DNA of 64,000 nt from Sarea resinae (lineage: Eukaryota): the NCBI GenBank assembly GCA_026026165.1, contig JAPEUD010000029.1, positions 62,001-126,000 on the forward strand. Reading direction: 5' to 3'. Shown here in pieces: positions 51,647 to 63,543 of the stretch (position 1 is the stretch's first letter; each line of letters opens with the position of its first letter). The notes beneath the pieces are model-generated. The model had not been told where the DNA came from, ran no database searches, and saw nothing but the letters and a program-made list of their open reading frames with translations. The position numbers and the translations under genes are program-made.

Positions 51647-51989
51647 ATTTTTTTCTTCCTTCATAGAGAAGGGAGGGTGGTATATTTGTATGATGAAGAA
51701 TAAGGGATGTGTGATTGACGATAGAAGGGGGGGTGAGCGGGAGGATGCTAATTGGGTATAAAAAGGGGAGACTAGTCGCTCGTGGCTGGTGGTTTATTAC
51801 TTACCTACTTTTACTTATACCACATACATACCTTTGTGCTTGCTTGCTTCTCCTTTTTCTTCAAAGTCTTGAAAAAGAAAAAAAGAAAAGAGGATGACCA
51901 ATAAGAGAAAATGAATTTGAGTGGATAAAAGGAGGGGGCGGCTGATGATTTATCTCCTGTCTGTCTCTCTGACTGTGTTGGACCGTCCC

Positions 51990-52720
51990 GTCCCGTTCCA
52001 TTCACACGTCGGCTGTTGTCCGTGTTATCGCTTCTCTTGTACTCTCCCATATCTATCAATCCATCAATCCATCAATCAATCAATCAATCAATCAGTGAGT
52101 TGCTGTATCTGCCTATTCGTCCAGCTATCCATCCAGCTATCCACTCACACACACACAAAGACGTCCCCTTCTTCCCTCCTCCCCCTCCCCCAACCACGCC
52201 CCCCTCTTACACGCCCCTACCAGAACGCTCAACAAAACAAAACAAACAAACCAATACCGTCAAGCCAACCAGCTCGTCTGCTTTCCTCTGATACCGCCAC
52301 CTATCCTACCGTATGTCACTATGTCACTATGTCACTCATGTCACTAATCACCCGGGCAGTCAGTCAGTCCCATCCATATGCTTGTGTTGTGGATACGTGC
52401 GAGATACAGATACAGAGTGTGAGGGATATGTTGAGTTCGCCGAGTCCGAAAGCGGGTTGAGGATGAGGATGAGAGCATGGGAGTGTGGGGCCTGGGAAGG
52501 GGGAAAGAGGGGGGGAGGTGGGGGGAAGGGACACTGCAGGGGACGGGGGAGGCAGAGGGGTGTTTTTTTTTTTTTGGTATTTCTGACACTCTTGGATAGG
52601 AGTATAGGGGTAGCGCGGTTGATTGATTGAGTGAGTGGATGGAGGGGTGGATTTCAGGAGGGAGTGGGGAGGGGGCGGGGAGGTAGCTGGGTGATGAGGA
52701 TTGGGTTAGGATTGGGCTGT
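51990..52720. repeat. Low-complexity/microsatellite tract (TCAA, CA, G-runs)
   Basis: Directly visible simple repeats and G-rich runs. Confidence 0.75.
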
Positions 52721-53277
52721 TATACACGGAGGATGAGATGTGTATTATAACTAGTTATTGTCGCAAGCTCGCGGGGTTAGGGATTATATACACTTTGCGA
52801 GAGAACGAGAGAACGAGAGAACGGAACGAACGGACGAGCAAATGGATGAAGATCGGCTGTCCCGTGTCTGGCTGACCTCATTGGCTGTCACGTCACGGGT
52901 TAGGCGTCCTTTTTCTTCTGCTGCGGCTTTGTGATTCTCGTTCTTCTTCTCTTCATTTCCCAGAGGAGGATAAGGGGCCGGGGTGGTGTTTTGGCGTATT
53001 TCGCAAGCAAGGGAACGGGGATATGGTACATATGGATACATGGGGAAAAGAGCACCCGAGGTCGTGGTGCTGAGGCTTTTGTTCGCGGGCGGATGGGTGG
53101 GAGGGAGATGTTTGGTTGGTGATGTTGGTGATCGTGAGGAGGAAAAGGAGTTGATGATAGCGAGCGGAAGGGGGGGGGGGGGAACTGATGATAGAGAGGT
53201 GGAACGAGTTGATCAATCGGCTGTGTGGTTGTTGTTGTTGGCGTTGTGTGTGTTGCTGGTGCTAGTGGTGACGAGGA

Positions 53278-54315
53278 TCATGAAGAGGGAGGCACAGGCT
53301 TTCCCGTTATCTGGGCGAGCTTCTGCTCGAGGGATGCGATTTCTGCTGGTGGACGTTAGATAGCTGGACGAGCTCTGTTCTGCGAGAGTTGTGGGGGAAG
53401 AAGTAAGGTGGGAAATAGGATTCGACTTGTTTGTGGTTGAAAGAGAGATTGATTGCATGTGTATGTGGTCTGTGTTGATGGTGGTGATGATGGTGGTGAT
53501 GGAAAGGCGAAAAGGGGAAGGGGAGAGGGAAAAGGAGAAAGAGGGATTGAATATGGGTAGAAAACGCATACACGTCAGACCGGATGATAGTGCCAAATTG
53601 GAAGACAGTAAACAAGGCGAAAACTGATAGAAACCAGAAGCAAAGAGGAAAGCGCAAATAAGACAGGGCTTGCAAACATCAGATTCACAGGAGCGGATTC
53701 AAGAGGCTCAGATGCCCCGCCACGGCGCGGAAATACTAAAATAAAGAACCTTCCCATTCAAGGACTCGACCCGGGAAAAGGGGGATAGAATGCAAATTGG
53801 GGGGGGGAACTCACATTCCTTAGCCGCCTTCTCCTCGTCAGTCTCGAGCTTCGTCCATGTCCAGTAGATGGCTTGATACGTGAACACGGCACCCAAGAAT
53901 ACTTTCAGTATGGGCGAGCCAAAGGTTTTGTAGAATGAGCCCTTTCATTATATATGTCGTCAATACGGGGTTCTTTGTTCACTTGCCTTGAGTCCTGTAG
54001 GGTTCAAGCAGAGCGAGCAAGGAAAAACAAAATGATCAAGGGAGATAACGCCAAAATCATGCACGGATATAAAACACAGAGGCAACGACATAGAACATAG
54101 GGCACAGGCGCATCAATACTCACATGCGCAGAGGGGGCTTTGGATTCTCCCGCCGCCGGGGGCGGAGGGGGCGGAGAGGAAGATGGGGACAGGGACCGAG
54201 ACGAGCGCGAAAAGTACCGGCTTTTTCGTAGTGGTGCTGCTGAGAGGGTTTGAATGCGGGGAGCCGCGGGGCGCGTGCGGCGCAGGGGGAGCATGGTGCG
54301 CATCGTGGACGCCAT
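53278..54315 (-). CDS. Small mitochondrial inner-membrane protein, INA17-like, 3 exons
   Basis: An Arg/Ser-rich presequence-like exon (MASTMRTMLPLRR...APSAH), then GSFYKTFGSPILKVFLGAVFTYQAIYWTWTKLETDEEKAAKE, then after an intron of about 470 nt SEIASLEQKLAQITGKPVPPSS*. Splice signals are canonical; the family call is from memory. Confidence 0.75.
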
Positions 54316-54747
54316 TATCGTAGGTTACGATACCAGGTGTCTCGTGCCTGCTTCTGGCTGTCTCTTCAAGCAATCGAGATGGTGTTGACTGATGGCGATT
54401 TTGATATCGATGATGAGAGAGGAAGGACGTTACGGACTTAGCGACGAGACGCATCGAGTGGCAGGGATGCGCCAGTTGAAGCGATCTGGTATCTTGTCGA
54501 TATACGCCGAGTAGCAACACCACATAGCCACATCTCCTGCAGCACGCCCCTTTACCATCTTGCACTCTTTACCCTTCATTCCCAGGAGTTGGAGCCAGTG
54601 CCTCAGCTTTCGCGGCATCGAGATACATACAGACACACAGGCAGCAGGCACGGACAGGAGAAGCTTCACCATCCAAAACCGGACACCTCGCCATAATCAA
54701 TCAATCTACACGCACCACAACCCTCACGCTTCCTTCCCTCAATCGCA

Positions 54748-55242
54748 ATGGTAAGCCTAGCCCACACCTCCAATGCCCCTCTCTTCCTCTTCTACTATCC
54801 TCCCCTCCACTCCTCTTCGCCCTGGCATGCCTCACTCCCTAAACCTCACCAGTCCAGACTGACCCCTCTCGCTCACAGGCCCAAACGCCGCAACAACGGC
54901 GCGCAAACGAGCGCTACGCGAAACAAGAAGCCGCCAAACGAGGCAAGCCCGAGAGCGCCATCAAGAAGAAGGAGAAGTTTCGTGCGCCCATCAGCACGGG
55001 CTGGATAGGTAATGTCTCCTGCTCTCCGCTCTCCTCTCTGCCCGCCCCCGTCTCCATCTTCTCGTATCCCCAGCATTCTTGATTCTTCGGCATGCGTGAT
55101 ATATCAGACGCAAAGAAATCCTATGGAGACCGCGAATACGTGGGGCGCCGTGCTCGAACCAGGCTAATGGCGTGACACAGTGGTTCTCGCGTTCGTCGTC
55201 TGCGGAGGCCTGATATTCGAGCTCCTGCGACTGATCTTCTAG
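54748..55242 (+). CDS. YSY6: RAMP4/SERP1/Ysy6 ER translocon-associated tail-anchored microprotein (64 aa), exons 54748-54750, 54879-55008, 55181-55242
   Basis: The spliced product is M|AQTPQQRRANERYAKQEAAKRGKPESAIKKKEKFRAPISTGWI|VVLAFVVCGGLIFELLRLIF*. Both introns are GT-AG with CTGAC/CTAAT branch points. Confidence 0.9.
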
Positions 55243-56203
55243 ATTGGACGCATATGCCGTTTGTCTCTTCTTTGCGATGTTCTTATCGGATCGGTGGACG
55301 AAATGTATTTCTAGACCGCGCAACGGTGTGATGTGGGTGGCAGAGAGAAGGCGAGGCCAGCAGTCTTGAGGGGGGGAGGGTTAGGAAAGAAAGAGAAAAG
55401 AAAGAAAAGAGGACGGAAGTGGGAGCAAAACACTGGCTATCTTACATGCTGCGCCAGGGATAGATTCCACACGAAAGAACGAGGTATCACAAGAAATCAA
55501 GCCAGCCACCGGCAAGCGTGAGCGCATGTGCCGCCTAGTTGTACACGCGAAGGAAATTCTTTGGGGCATAGAATTCTAGATTCATAGGATTCAATTAGGC
55601 GGGTGGACGGCCGGTAGTGCGTTTAAAGGCTTCAGAAAGGCAGGGTTTATCTGCATATATGGGTGGCGTATCACCTTCTCTCATCCACTCACACATCACT
55701 TCACATCACATCACATAACTATCGTGTTCAATCGTCAGGCGTTTCTCTCTTTTTCTTTGTTTTCGAACTATTGAGATTTGAAAAAAAGAGTTGGTATGAT
55801 AAAGGAGGAGCTTCAATTCCCTGGCCTCTTTATACATTGAATCCTGCTTTGCGCGGGTCCTTGGTTAAACTTGGTGCTAAGACTGTTCAGTGTTAATAGT
55901 ATTTTGTGTGATGCGACGTGATGCGACATGATATGATGTGATGGCCACTCGTGTTAATACATTTGTTGAAAAGATTTAGAGTAGAAATGTATGTCCATCA
56001 AGGCCGCTCATTGAGAAGCAGAGAAATAAAAGGACGATGCTTCCATACAATTTCGCACACACACCCCCACACACCCCCACACACCCACCCAGCAGAAGAA
56101 GATGTCACGAGCCCAGACGGGCCCGGAAGCTGTTGGCGAAATCACCGCAGCCTCTACCAGTCAGGTGCTCAGGAACAGACACAAAGAAAACCCACAAGGC
56201 TTC

Positions 56204-58003
56204 TCAAACGCCCGAGTAAACAGCCGTGATATTCCGCCCACACTCAACTCTCTGTTCCATACTAACATTCCTACCACCCACTTTTACCTTCGTCCTCGGC
56301 GTAATCTGGAATCGATGCTCCTCGCCACCGCGTCCACTCTGCTTCTCGGCCAGCGAATCCAGGGGGGCGATATACATAGGATTGGCGACATTGTTGCGGC
56401 GGCCGTTGCCGAGCTGATAGAATTCGTTGGCGCCCCAGAATAGGATGTCGGCACCCCAATTGGTGTCGTCTTCGCCGGAGCGCTGCGAGGCGCCGAGGTA
56501 GGTGACGTTGTCCATGACGGCAGCAGCGTGCGTGGCGCCGACGCTGATGCGCGACATTCGTATTGGGATCACACTATTGAGCTTCTCGTCGTATTCAAAG
56601 AGGCCACTGAGCGCTTTGATTTTCGTCGGCGTGCCTTGCATGTGCGTCCACCTGCCATTGCCGAGCCCGCCCCAGATGCCTTGACCGGATGCCCAGGTGT
56701 CGGCGGTGATGCGGCCGAGGCCGGCTAAACGCGAGGTGGTTGGGTCTTCGTCTTGGCCTGCGACGCGGGTGGCATCGATAGTGAAAAAGCTGTTGACGCC
56801 GCCGGCAGCGATAGAGGTGACTTTGGGGACCTGGTTAGTGCCGCGGTAGAGCTGACCGATGGGGAGGAGGGAGGGCGCGTCGATGTAGGAGGCTTCGGCG
56901 TTGTAGTCGAAGCCAAGCTGGCCGAGGGCGTTGTCGCCGAAGCTGAAGACACGGCCTTCGCGGTCGAGGACCAGGGAGTGGAAGTCGCCTGCTGCGATGC
57001 CGGCGATGTCGAAACCGCGGAGCGTAGTGATTTCGTGGCATTGGTCATAACTGCCTTTCGGGCGTGTGGTCCACGTTAGGCCTGGGATGCCGAGCTGGCC
57101 TCGAGAGGGGAAGTCTTCGGTGCCTGAGGCGGCGGAGAAGACGCGGCCTCGGCTGGTGAGGAGAAGGATGTGTTCGAGGCCGCCGCTAATGGCGGTGACC
57201 TTTTCGTTCCAACTCATGTTCTGCGGGGAGAGTTTGCGATAGCTGATTGGTGATCGGGATTTCCAGAACGGGATCCAGGATCCTTCCGTTGGCTTGGGGC
57301 CTGAGGCTTGTTCGGTTTGGGAGACAGGGAGAGAGTACACGTTACCGTCGGATCCTAAGGCAATAATACGATCGCGAGATAGGGAGACGGACACAAGATC
57401 TTTGCCCTTCAACGTCTTTAAAGGCTGTCGTGTGTCTTTCGAGTAGCCTGCTCCCCACTGGAGCAAGTCGCCTTGGGCGTCAATTGCGGCTCCAAAATAA
57501 TGATCCAATTTCACGTCCCGTAGCAATAGACCGTCGAAGAAAGGTATCCGCCGCGGAGTCCTGACGTAGGCATCGTCGCTATCCGGAGCAGCTACCCTTC
57601 CCTTGTTGGAACCCCAGGCGTACACTCCGGGATTTTCCCAACTCTTCTTCACCTGTACATGTTGCGAGCTGATGAGATCGCGGTTCTCTTCCTTTGACAC
57701 ACCTGGTCGCTTGATGGGGTTTTCGAGTTCGGGCTCCGCTGGCGTCGGAAGCACCTCTGCGTAGGCATCCGAGATCCCGAGTTGAAGCAGTCCACCTCCG
57801 ACTAGGGCTGCCCCGCCGATTGCCAACGCTACGGGAAGACGTCGTGATTTGTTGTGACGTGCGACGGTAGGGTTCCTGGTCTGTGCGTCTTGAGCAAGGC
57901 ACCGAACCTGCTGACGTCTGGATGGTCTTGACGATTTTACAGAGGTAGTGGACCTTTTGGAGGCCCGAAGGATGGTTCTCGACACGGCTTTGGACGAGAG
58001 CAT
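56204..58003 (-). CDS. FMP25: Mitochondrial RCC1-repeat protein Fmp25 (complex III assembly factor-like)
   Basis: Presequence, TM segment, QHVQVKKSWENPGVYAWGSN, and RCC1 repeats (ISGGLEH, IAAGDFHSL, FGDNALGQLG, GANEFYQLGNG). Confidence 0.88.
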   Translation of the reverse strand: MLSSKAVSRTILRASKRSTTSVKSSRPSRRQQVRCLAQDAQTRNPTVARHNKSRRLPVALAIGGAALVGGGLLQLGISDAYAEVLPTPAEPELENPIKRPGVSKEENRDLISSQHVQVKKSWENPGVYAWGSNKGRVAAPDSDDAYVRTPRRIPFFDGLLLRDVKLDHYFGAAIDAQGDLLQWGAGYSKDTRQPLKTLKGKDLVSVSLSRDRIIALGSDGNVYSLPVSQTEQASGPKPTEGSWIPFWKSRSPISYRKLSPQNMSWNEKVTAISGGLEHILLLTSRGRVFSAASGTEDFPSRGQLGIPGLTWTTRPKGSYDQCHEITTLRGFDIAGIAAGDFHSLVLDREGRVFSFGDNALGQLGFDYNAEASYIDAPSLLPIGQLYRGTNQVPKVTSIAAGGVNSFFTIDATRVAGQDEDPTTSRLAGLGRITADTWASGQGIWGGLGNGRWTHMQGTPTKIKALSGLFEYDEKLNSVIPIRMSRISVGATHAAAVMDNVTYLGASQRSGEDDTNWGADILFWGANEFYQLGNGRRNNVANPMYIAPLDSLAEKQSGRGGEEHRFQITPRTKVKVGGRNVSMEQRVECGRNITAVYSGV

Positions 58004-58448
58004 GATTATCTGATGATCGATCAGTGAGGTGCTGTAAGTCAAGATTTGGAAAGGAAAGAGAAAGCGAATCCGTACTCTGTAAGAATGGAATCCTCTGCAG
58101 AGTGATTGGGACGAACGGCTTTACTAGTCATGTTATGGCTGCGACAGTGGTCTTGTCTGACTTTCTGTCCGAATTCCCTTCTCGGCATATCGAGAACGTC
58201 ATGTTGCGGAGAGTGCGGCACTTGCCGGCGCCTATCGCGCTTGCCGCTTGCCGCTTGTCAGAAGGCTGTCAACCTGCCAATAATTGGAACGGGAGACACG
58301 AAGTAGCTGGAGGTTGTACCGTGGGGGTTGCACATCGATGGCGACGACGTCAATCATTCACATTGATCACCTCAATCCTTCCATCGCCTAGGCTTCTCCT
58401 CCCTTACTTCTTCCCGTTCCATTGAGTTCATGCAATGCGGTCGCCGTC

Positions 58449-61224
58449 ATGTATGATGACGCCTGGTACAATACATTCGTGCCCAGCGCACAGTCACAAG
58501 AGGACAGATCCCACCAGACCAAACACAAGCGAAGGGAGTCGTTGTTGAAGCAGCCAAATGCTAGTTCCCTCTATTGCTACGTGCCATCATGAAGCATGAT
58601 GCTGATATGCTCTATAGGACTCCTCGCAAGCGATTGCGGAACCAGCAGAAGAAATTGGGGACATTCCCGAGGAGCCAGAGCTACCAAAGGATCCCCCTGA
58701 AGCTACCGTGGCCCGTCGCGCAAAGAGCTACAGCGATTTCTATAACGTTGTGAGAGCACAAATAAAGAAGGACGCTCTTGGCAGAGCTCAGAAAGCCAAC
58801 GAAAATGAAAAGCCCAGGAGCGGAATCAAGACGGAGCTGGACTTGGGACTGTGGTATCAGGATATCGAGAGCAATCTAATCGATGCCAGCCACGAAGAGT
58901 ACCAGTATTTCTACCTATTCATATCGGACCAAAAGAGGAATCTTACTGACTCATGGTCCACAACCAGGCTATATCGCGATCAACTGGACCTCTCTCTCTC
59001 CCACGTTGACTCCTTGCTCAATGATACATCTTCAACGCTCGATCTACTATCTACTCTCTCGGAGTCCTTCAAGTCTGTTGAAGCTCAGACAACGGCCTTC
59101 CAATCTCAATGTCAAGACTTGCTGTCTGAACAGCAGCGCATTACCGAGCTTGCAAACGGCATCAACAGCAACCTCCAGTTCTACAATTACGTCGAGCCGA
59201 TAACGAGGAGGCTAAATGCTCCTGGCGCGGGAAATTTGGTTCGCGGCACGGAATTTTCGGAGATGTTATCCAATCTGGATCATTGTTTAGACTATATGCA
59301 GGCTCACGTAACTATCGCCTTAGTTTCCGTTCCATTAGATCCTAACTGATCGTTATGTAGCCTAACCATCGAGAGGCATCCATTTATCGCTCCCGGTATC
59401 GACTCCTTCTGACGCGGGGACTCACTCTCATCCGAGTACACTTCGCTACATCTCTCCGTGAGATATCATCAGAAGTCTCTAAAAGGATAGCAGATCGGCA
59501 GCTGAACGAGACGACCATGTCCGCGTTATTATATGCCAAATTTCGCGTCGGCGCTTCTGAACTAAAGCAACTAGCATTTGAGATCCAAAAGCGGGCAGCA
59601 CTGCCCGCTGGTGCGGAGCCTGGTGCCGAGGCCGAGTATCAGAGCTTAATGAATGAACTGTATACGAGCTATTCGGCCACGCGGAGCAAATTGATACTTC
59701 CTGTCGTCTGGAAAAGGATTGGCGAAATAGCTGCGGCCCCGAGCTCAGCTAAGGATCTTGTCGCCTTTGCAAGGAGCAGTATTGGTTACGTGCGTGGCGT
59801 CTGCCTTGACGAATACGACTTGTGGTACGAATGGTTTGAAGGCCCTGACGGACTTTACCAATTTCTCGAATCCGTCTGCGAACCACTTTACGACCATCTA
59901 CGTCCTAGGACCATCCATGAAAATCAGGTTTTGAAGCTATGCGAGCTGTGTACGTTACTGCAAACACGATATATGCACGACCCAGAAGACGACGGAGAAC
60001 CGCCCGAGGTGGATCAATTGGATTTCTCCGTATTGATCCAGCCTGCACTCGAGGATGCCCAGACCAGGCTCGTTTTCAGAACACAAGCAATACTTAGAGA
60101 TGAGATCGAGAATTTCAAGCCCAAGCCCGAGGACCTGGAGTACCCCATTCTCGGTCGAAAGAGGACGATATCCGACTCAAAGGGTGGCGGCCCTGCCCTA
60201 TCCGGGAAACGGAGGTCGTCTGCCATTCCGTCGTTCCTTGGGAAGATGGGAGTGTCTACCGAAGACGAAGATGCAGCGGAGAATAGAGAAGCCGGATGGG
60301 GCTTTGAAAATACGGAATCGCGAACATGGTATCCCACGCTAAAGACGGCCATCTGGCTTCTGAGTAGGATCTACCGACTTGTTAATGTATGTTCCTCTCG
60401 ATCATCGAAATCTATCTCGGCCACTAACTTCCGGGCAGTCTACTGTCTTCGACGATCTCGCCCATCAAATAGTCCATCAGACCACGATGTCTCTGGTTTA
60501 CGCCTCGTCTCAGATCGCAAACAAAGCCACGGCTGTCGACGGACAATTGTTCTTGATCAAGTATTTTCTCATACTCAAGCAGCAGATTGTAGCTTTCGAC
60601 ATCGAATTCGTAACGTCGGACGTCTCTTTTGATTTCTCTGGTGTAACGAACACTTTCTGGGAGCTTCGTGAGCGTGGTGGCCTCTTCAATCCAAGGACGA
60701 TCATGAGCTACGTTGGTGGTGGTCTACTTCCTCGTGTCGTGGAGAACATGCTGGATGCAAAGTCCGAACTAGACGGGCGTTTGAGAACGGTCATCAATGA
60801 GTTCACGCACGCATCTGCAGCGCGTGTCACCCACTCGATATCAGCGTCTGCCATGTCAAAGGGCGACTTTAGTGGAGCAGCTGCTGTGACTGCTATGCGC
60901 GCTGCGGCTGAGAAAGAAGTGCCAGGATTGAGAAAGAAGCTCGATGAATATATCGATGACGTTCGGACCAAAGAAACCTTGGTAGCTGCCGTACAGGACC
61001 AAGTCATGGAAGAATATGATGATTTCCATGAGAAGCTTAGCACGAAGCTTCGCGCTAACGGTCAAGCGGTTAGCAAAAAGGGCAAGGGTAGAGAGGATGA
61101 TATTTGGGACCCCGATACGTTTTCCGAATGGATCATGGGCGTCTTCCGAGTCGGAAAGCTGGCGATGCAAGACTCGGACGAGGATGGCACGATTGATTGT
61201 GACAGTCGAGATGGCAGCACTTGA
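58449..61224 (+). CDS. COG3: Conserved oligomeric Golgi complex subunit 3 (Sec34), 5 exons
   Basis: MYDDAWY, RRAKSYSDFY, Sec34 domain (YVEPITRRLNAPG, YMQAH|PNHREASIY), LLYAKF, LEDAQTRLVFR, WYPTL...LLSRIYRLVN|STVFDDLAHQIV and LFLIK. Confidence 0.93.
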
Positions 61225-61527
61225 AGTTGGAATAAGCTATACGCCGCAGTAAAAGCTTAGCAGTCAATTTAGCATGAGAGTATGAATGCTGAACATGTAC
61301 AAATTCATGGTACACCTTGCGTTTTGCTACTACAAAGGCAATATTTGCAACGCCCAACAGCTAAGTCGTCTTCTGCCGAGATTTTTCAGATCAAGTCCGT
61401 CATGTGCCTCTCTTACTAGCGGGTGATGGCTTCATGGGTCTGATTAGATAGCGCCGTCAGACATATCCGTTGTTTTTGAAGTCGACCCGGACTGGCCAGG
61501 CTCGCTATAGCTATCTATGTTTCTCAG

Positions 61528-62184
61528 GGTTATCTCTTCACACTAGCTTTCATTCTAAAATAGAGTCGAGTAGCGCCTGCAAGCACACTTTCAAGGATCT
61601 CAGACGCATTAACTTCATTATATAATGGCCGAGATAGATATACCTCAAATGCTTTGTTATACTGTGCACTAATCACTTTGCTACAGCCCGCCACGTTCTC
61701 GAGTTAATTTAGGAAACTAGTCAAGGAACGAGGGCATTGCTCTGCTGTAGGCTATAGTCTTCAATCGAATCAGGGGTCACTTGGCTGGCAGCATACGAAC
61801 CATCTTCTCAGGCACACAAAGACGATCGCCAGAGCTCTCTCAACTTTTCTCTACCCGCAGAGCGAGATCTGTGAGATCGAGGCCCACCTCGGTGAGATCG
61901 ATATCGTCTAGTTGGAGCGATTTGCGGTCTATCTTACGTCAAGCATAAAACTTAGAATGATTGCCGCATTTGCAGTGCTGTTTGCTGCCACCTTGGGTAT
62001 CCTCACAAACACTCAGAAACCAGAAATATTTGGCACAACAGCAGCGTATGTCACGATTTCGTTCCTTTTTTTATAGCGACTGACTTGATATATGCAGATA
62101 TGCTGCAGTTCTTGTTGTATTTGTTAGCAGAAACTTTGGGGATCTAGTTGACCATTTTTTTTTTCATTCTTACCTTGCAGTATA
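61528..62184 (+). pseudogene. Decayed DUF6594-family gene fragment
   Basis: KLRMIAAFAVLFAATLGILTNTQKPEIFGTTAA|YAAVLVVFVS across intron 62046-62097 matches the DUF6594 C-terminal motif. There is an in-frame TAG at 61909-61911 and only weak, frameshifted traces upstream, so the 5' boundary is approximate. Confidence 0.7.
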
Positions 62185-62412
62185 GTACCCAAATTCGATT
62201 ATGGGCGGATAAGGATGTTTTTCATTCTTAGCGACCTCAAATATCATCTCATCCATACTTGAGGCCTTAGAGCCGTATGGAGAGACCGGACTGAAATGTC
62301 TGAAAACATGACTACTGACGCCTGAATATCCACCTAAAAGTGCTTCAGATTTACTACCTCAGCTCCCATCTCCACAGGAAATCTTGAAACATAGATAACC
62401 CAGAAAGCCCCC

Positions 62413-63543
62413 TCAATACGTCGCATTTAACCTCATTGCAATATACTCTTCGCTATTGATGGGATCATACTTTTTCGGTTTCGTCTCACTCCAACATCCA
62501 GGGATGCAATCGATGGTGGCATCGCGATTCGCGCCGCAGAAGTAGGGGATCGAATATCGAGGCGCCGTCATTTTCCTTCCAGTCACTTCATCGTTCGTAC
62601 CTTCAAAAATTGGCGGCGCCCGAACTCTGTGAAGAGTCGACTTCAGATTGTCGTTGGACCAGCGCATCAGGAAATCTCCAATATTCACGATTATCGCACC
62701 GTCCACTGGAGGAGCCGGGACAAAACAGCCCGGAGAACGAGGGTCTTGGACTTCCAAGCCGCCGCACTGATCTTGGACAAGTATCGTCAATGTCCCAAAG
62801 TCACTGTGCGCGCCAATTCGCTCCTTCTCGCCTTTGCGTAGGGACTCTTCTTCCACCGACGGATAATGAAGCAGTCTTAGCTGGTTCTGGGCGTCCGTGT
62901 GAAAAGGGTCGAAATAATCCTCCTCCAGGCCCATCCCGATAGCGATGGAATGCAAGATGTTGATCTGAGTTTTCCTCGCCGTCCAGTAATAGTCCATGCA
63001 GAAGTCAGCAAAGCCAGGTATCGTCGCTGGGTCTGGCCATATGTTCGGGTAGAGATCATCATCTTCCCGACTGCATTCGAATGATTCCTTGACGTCGGGT
63101 ACCTTTCGCACTTCCGAGATGTTGTCCCTATCGAAGACCATCTGCGACGCCTTTTCTTTTCCGATCCCGCTATAGCCGCGGTGGTAACTGCCAGATGGCG
63201 GATGGGGGCATTTCATCTTCTCTTCCAACGGCAGGTCGAAGAATTTCTTGCTCTACATCCTATCAGCCGCCATCGGCCCTCTTCCCTTCCACCGCTCCGC
63301 CAGCTAAAGCCCGAGCAATCGCTGGAATAGATGCGAAGTGCTGCTTACCCAGTTGAAACATTCATTGACCTTTTCCAATGGAATGCCGTGGTTTACGAGA
63401 TAGACGAAACCCACTTCTCGAAAGGCTGTGTAGATATCATTTGCGGTCTGCTTCTTCTCCGCATGTGACTCCGCATTTAGGAATTTGGAGAAATCAATGA
63501 TCGGGACTGGCGAATCCTTGGGCGAATCGTGAAGCGATCCCAT
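62413..63543 (-). CDS. 2-oxoglutarate/Fe(II) dioxygenase (IPNS/thymine dioxygenase-like), 2 exons
   Basis: DIOX_N (VPIIDFS...AFREVGFVYLVNHGI), SKKFFDLP...RGY, LRLLHYP, iron ligands HSD (HSDFGTLT) and H (STLHRV), and the 2OG-binding RYS motif. Confidence 0.93.

Noticed and set aside
52700..52905. Scattered GGGTTAGG telomere-like words
   Set aside because: They are single isolated copies within G-rich low-complexity DNA, not an array.
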